A model generated the notes under the pieces. That model did no database searches. It had not been told where the DNA came from and saw only the letters and a list, made by a program, of their open reading frames with translations. A stretch of DNA of 64,000 nucleotides from Patescibacteria group bacterium (lineage in GTDB: Bacteria; Patescibacteriota; Microgenomatia; UM-FILTER-40-11): positions 1,718-65,717 of the forward strand of contig DATKVM010000009.1 in NCBI GenBank assembly GCA_035530075.1. The letters are read 5' to 3'. Position 1 is the first letter of the stretch. The number at the start of each line of letters is the position of its first letter. The translations under genes were made by a program, and so were the position numbers. Positions 61,059-64,000 of the stretch are shown here, in pieces.

Positions 61059-61439
61059 TTAACTGATCCGTCTTCGCTTCCTCTCGATCTCCACTAGTTC
61101 ATAAGCCTCAGAAAACCATTGGGGTTGCCTAACAATTTGTCTAGTCGCCTCTTCTAAACTCTCCCTCAAAGCTGCTAAGTCCTGATTAGATAAGTCGCCA
61201 ACAAGCAATCTCGCCAGTAAATTTTTATTTTCTTCAAAAAAAATAGGTAGGTTCTCCCTTTCCAATGCTCTTCGCCATTCTTCCAAAAGAGAGGTTTGCA
61301 GTTGTTCAAAAAGAGGCGCAACGCGTTCACAATCGCGCAAAACACATCCAACCACGTTGATAAAATCTAAAACCGCTTCCCCCCTCTTTGCTCTAAATGC
61401 CTCTGCTGGGCTTAAGGGTTTTTCTCTCTCTTCTCCCAT
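61059..61439 (-). CDS. Hypothetical protein
   Basis: 126-aa ORF with no recognisable motif. Confidence 0.4.
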   Translation of the reverse strand: MGEEREKPLSPAEAFRAKRGEAVLDFINVVGCVLRDCERVAPLFEQLQTSLLEEWRRALERENLPIFFEENKNLLARLLVGDLSNQDLAALRESLEEATRQIVRQPQWFSEAYELVEIERKRRRIS

Positions 61440-61461
61440 CTCTTTTTCACCTCCTTTTAAC

Positions 61462-61486
61462 TAAAAACTGCCCTTTCGGGGCAGCT
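61462..61486 (-). terminator. Intrinsic terminator downstream of ftsH (CTGCCC-CGAAA-GGGCAG plus U-run on the minus strand)
   Basis: GCTGCCCCGAAAGGGCAGTTTTTAGTT on the minus strand, 40 nt after the ftsH stop. Confidence 0.5.
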
Positions 61487-61524
61487 TAACAATTTAGCAA
61501 TATAACAATCTAACAATGGTATCT

Positions 61525-63408
61525 CTATTTCATCAACTTGGCGAATTCTTCTTCTTCAATAGTTTCCTTTTCTAGAAGCACCTTGGCTACCATATCCAGC
61601 TTAGCTTTATTATCTGCCAACAATTTTTCCGCCTTCGCATAAGCGTTTTCCACAATCTTTTTCACTTCCTCATCCACTCTTGATTGCATTTCCGGAGAGA
61701 CGGAAGCCGGCTCATACCACATTTTCCCCAAGTCGCTGACGTCAGCCTGTGCCCCCAAAAAAGTCGGTCCTAAATTGCTCATCCCAAAGTCCACTACCAT
61801 TGAACGGGCAATTCTGGTCGCTTGAGCAATATCGTTGGAAGCTCCGGTCGTCATCTCCGAAAAAATCAATTCTTCGGCCGCTCGACCGCCAAGCATAACC
61901 GCAATCTGTTCCAAGAGCCGCGTTTTGGTCTCATGAGAGCGATCTTTAGCCGGCGGGATTAAAGTATGGCCTAAACTGACTCCGCGCGCGACAATAGAAA
62001 TCCGATGAACCGGATCCACGTGTTTCGAAAAATAACTGACTACCCCATGTCCCGCCTCATGATAAGCCGTCATTTTTCTGTCTTCATCAGACTGGAGTCT
62101 TTTTTTCTCCGGACCAAGTTTAACCTTAATCGCCGCCTCTTCCAAATCCTCTTCCTCAACCTCTTTTTTGTCCTCCCTGGCAGCCAAAATCGCTGCCTCG
62201 TTCAACATGTTTTCCAAATCTGCTCCAGAAAAACCAACTGTTCTTTTGGCAATCTTATCCCAGAAAACTCCTTTAGAAAACTTCTTTCCACGAGCGTGAA
62301 TAGCCAAAATAGCCTTTCTCCCCTCTAAATCCGGCATATCTAAAAGCACTCTTCGGTCAAAGCGTCCAGGACGCAAAAGCGCTGGATCGAGTAAATCTCC
62401 CCTATTGGTGGCGGCGATTACTAAAATATTGTCATTAGGAGTAAAACCATCCATTTCCACTAAAATCTGGTTTAAAGTTTGCTCTCTTTCATCGTGCCCC
62501 CCGGCCATAAATCCTTGACCTCTCTGGCGGCCAATCGCGTCAATTTCGTCAATAAAAATAATGGATGGGGCGGCTTTTTTGGCGGTTCCAAAGAGGTCAC
62601 GGACCCTCGAGGCCCCAACACCTACCAACATTTCTATAAACTCGCTCCCGGCCATGGAAAAGAAAGGCACCCCGGCTTCTCCGGCCACGGCCTTCGCCAG
62701 GAGCGTTTTACCGACCCCGCTTGGCCCGACCAACAAAGCCCCTTTCGGCGTGCGCGCTCCCAAAGCGCGGTATTTCTGGGGGTGTTTTAAGAAATCAACC
62801 ACCTCCTGAAGTTCCTCTTTGGCTTCATCTACTCCTGCCACATCCGCAAAAGTAATTGATTGTTTGCCCTTATCAAAAAGTTTAGCCTTTGATTGGCCGA
62901 AAGAAAAAATACTGTCTTGCGCCCCTTTGGCTTGGCGGAAAATAAAGTAAAAGAAAAAAGCCATCACTGCTAAAGGCAAAAGCGTTCCTAAAATATCGGT
63001 CATTGCTCGAGTCATCGATTGGTCGGCAATTCTAATATCAACTGTCTTAGGGTCAATTTCGGCTGCCTGAAATGTTTGGACTAAACTTTCGCCCATTTCT
63101 TTACGAGCAATCATTTTTTTATCGTCCTTATAAGTCAAAAGCAATCGGTCGCCATCAACTAAAATTTGTTTGACTTTGTGGTCTTTAACATCGACTAAGG
63201 CTCGAGTCAAATCAACCTCTTCGGTAGTTAACCCTGGACGGAAAAAAGAAGAAATTAAAGAAAGCGCCATAAAGCCCACGAGCAACCAAATTAAGATGTT
63301 GCGTGGAGAAAAGTTAAAGCGGAATTCAATCTTCTTCATCTTCCTCTTAGAAGGTGAACTTTCCCTTTGATTTTTTCTTGTTTGAAAAGGAGAATTAATC
63401 AGCCGCAT
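61525..63408 (-). CDS. ftsH: ATP-dependent zinc metalloprotease FtsH
   Basis: TM helices, AAA Walker [12 protein letters not shown] region, and zinc-binding HEAGH. Confidence 0.9.
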   Translation of the reverse strand: MRLINSPFQTRKNQRESSPSKRKMKKIEFRFNFSPRNILIWLLVGFMALSLISSFFRPGLTTEEVDLTRALVDVKDHKVKQILVDGDRLLLTYKDDKKMIARKEMGESLVQTFQAAEIDPKTVDIRIADQSMTRAMTDILGTLLPLAVMAFFFYFIFRQAKGAQDSIFSFGQSKAKLFDKGKQSITFADVAGVDEAKEELQEVVDFLKHPQKYRALGARTPKGALLVGPSGVGKTLLAKAVAGEAGVPFFSMAGSEFIEMLVGVGASRVRDLFGTAKKAAPSIIFIDEIDAIGRQRGQGFMAGGHDEREQTLNQILVEMDGFTPNDNILVIAATNRGDLLDPALLRPGRFDRRVLLDMPDLEGRKAILAIHARGKKFSKGVFWDKIAKRTVGFSGADLENMLNEAAILAAREDKKEVEEEDLEEAAIKVKLGPEKKRLQSDEDRKMTAYHEAGHGVVSYFSKHVDPVHRISIVARGVSLGHTLIPPAKDRSHETKTRLLEQIAVMLGGRAAEELIFSEMTTGASNDIAQATRIARSMVVDFGMSNLGPTFLGAQADVSDLGKMWYEPASVSPEMQSRVDEEVKKIVENAYAKAEKLLADNKAKLDMVAKVLLEKETIEEEEFAKLMK

Positions 63409-63507
63409 AGAGATATTTTCGCGCCAAAATAAAATGATTCGCGAGGGAATTTTACCACCTTTGGCCTGATTTCACAACGACTTTGAAGGTAAAAAAGAGA
63501 AAGTTGT

Positions 63508-64000
63508 TTAAATCAAACCCATTTTTTTCTTAACTTCTGCCAGAGTTTCCCCGGCGATTTGAGAGCAGTATTCTCTGCCCTCTTCCAGAATAGCGTCCAC
63601 TAGTCCGGGGTTTTCCTCATAAAACTTTCTTTTCTCTTGAATTGGCTCTAGTTCTTTGTAAATGGCAATCGCCAAATTGTCTTTCAGTCGATCGTAACGG
63701 ACGCCCGCATTTAAATATTGTCTTTCGTATCCCTGCCGCGCTTCTTTACCCTCAAAGAGTTCCACTAGGACCAAAAGGTTGGCTACGCCTCCTTCTTTAG
63801 GTATTACAGAACCCCTGCCACTATCGGTCGGGGCACCCGCCAGTCTTTTTCTAATTGTCTGCAAATCATCGGTCAGCAAAATAAAACTGCCTTCAATTGA
63901 TTTGCTCATTTTCCCCTCGCCTCTTAACGAAGGAACAGAAGCACCGGGCATTAGGTGGGCTTTTGGCTCGGGAAAAGTCTTAGAGTACATGCGATTGAAA
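63508..64000 (-). CDS. trpS: Tryptophanyl-tRNA synthetase, C-terminal part (gene continues beyond the window end)
   Basis: KMSKS motif (GKMSKS) and a TrpRS-like anticodon-binding C-terminus. The frame is open to position 64000. Confidence 0.75.
   Translation of the reverse strand, partial: FNRMYSKTFPEPKAHLMPGASVPSLRGEGKMSKSIEGSFILLTDDLQTIRKRLAGAPTDSGRGSVIPKEGGVANLLVLVELFEGKEARQGYERQYLNAGVRYDRLKDNLAIAIYKELEPIQEKRKFYEENPGLVDAILEEGREYCSQIAGETLAEVKKKMGLI

Overview
This 64 kb window comes from a compact bacterial chromosome with about 43% GC, and almost all genes lie on the minus strand. Gene content and architecture point to a Patescibacteria/CPR-like organism; that is an inference from the sequence, not a database result. 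An rRNA operon (16S, 23S and 5S, all minus strand) has a 16S-23S spacer of about 2.2 kb that carries two protein genes and a tRNA-Ile(GAU) on the opposite strand.

Housekeeping genes (no nearby search result needed):
- rho, radA, rpsA, pth, recF, fpg/mutM, ftsH and a partial trpS.
- glutamate dehydrogenase, trxA, trxB, a small ferredoxin and two exported DsbA/thioredoxin-like proteins.
- an ATP-dependent DNA ligase, a standalone 5'-3' exonuclease and a family 4 glycosyltransferase.

Accessory content:
- A tandemly duplicated two-gene cassette at 37.5-43.8 kb. Each copy pairs a novel regulator (degenerate NTPase-like N-domain plus a C-terminal OmpR/PhoB-type winged helix) with a large unknown protein.
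- Five tandem paralogous surface-protein genes at 50.4-55.9 kb, with signs of recent gene conversion.
- A radical SAM/SPASM gene behind a 1.1 kb region that has low coding potential and ends in two tandem intrinsic terminators.
- A RAYT/IS200-like transposase flanked by inverted repeats.
- Several dispersed repeat families: a REP-like element, (CAAAGTT)n hairpin elements that sit inside 23S rRNA and in frame inside gdh and ligase, and a 17-nt palindrome present six times in the rRNA genes.
- A cohesin-like/dockerin-like gene pair, and an ATP-cone/Mrr-like fusion.

No CRISPR array was found.
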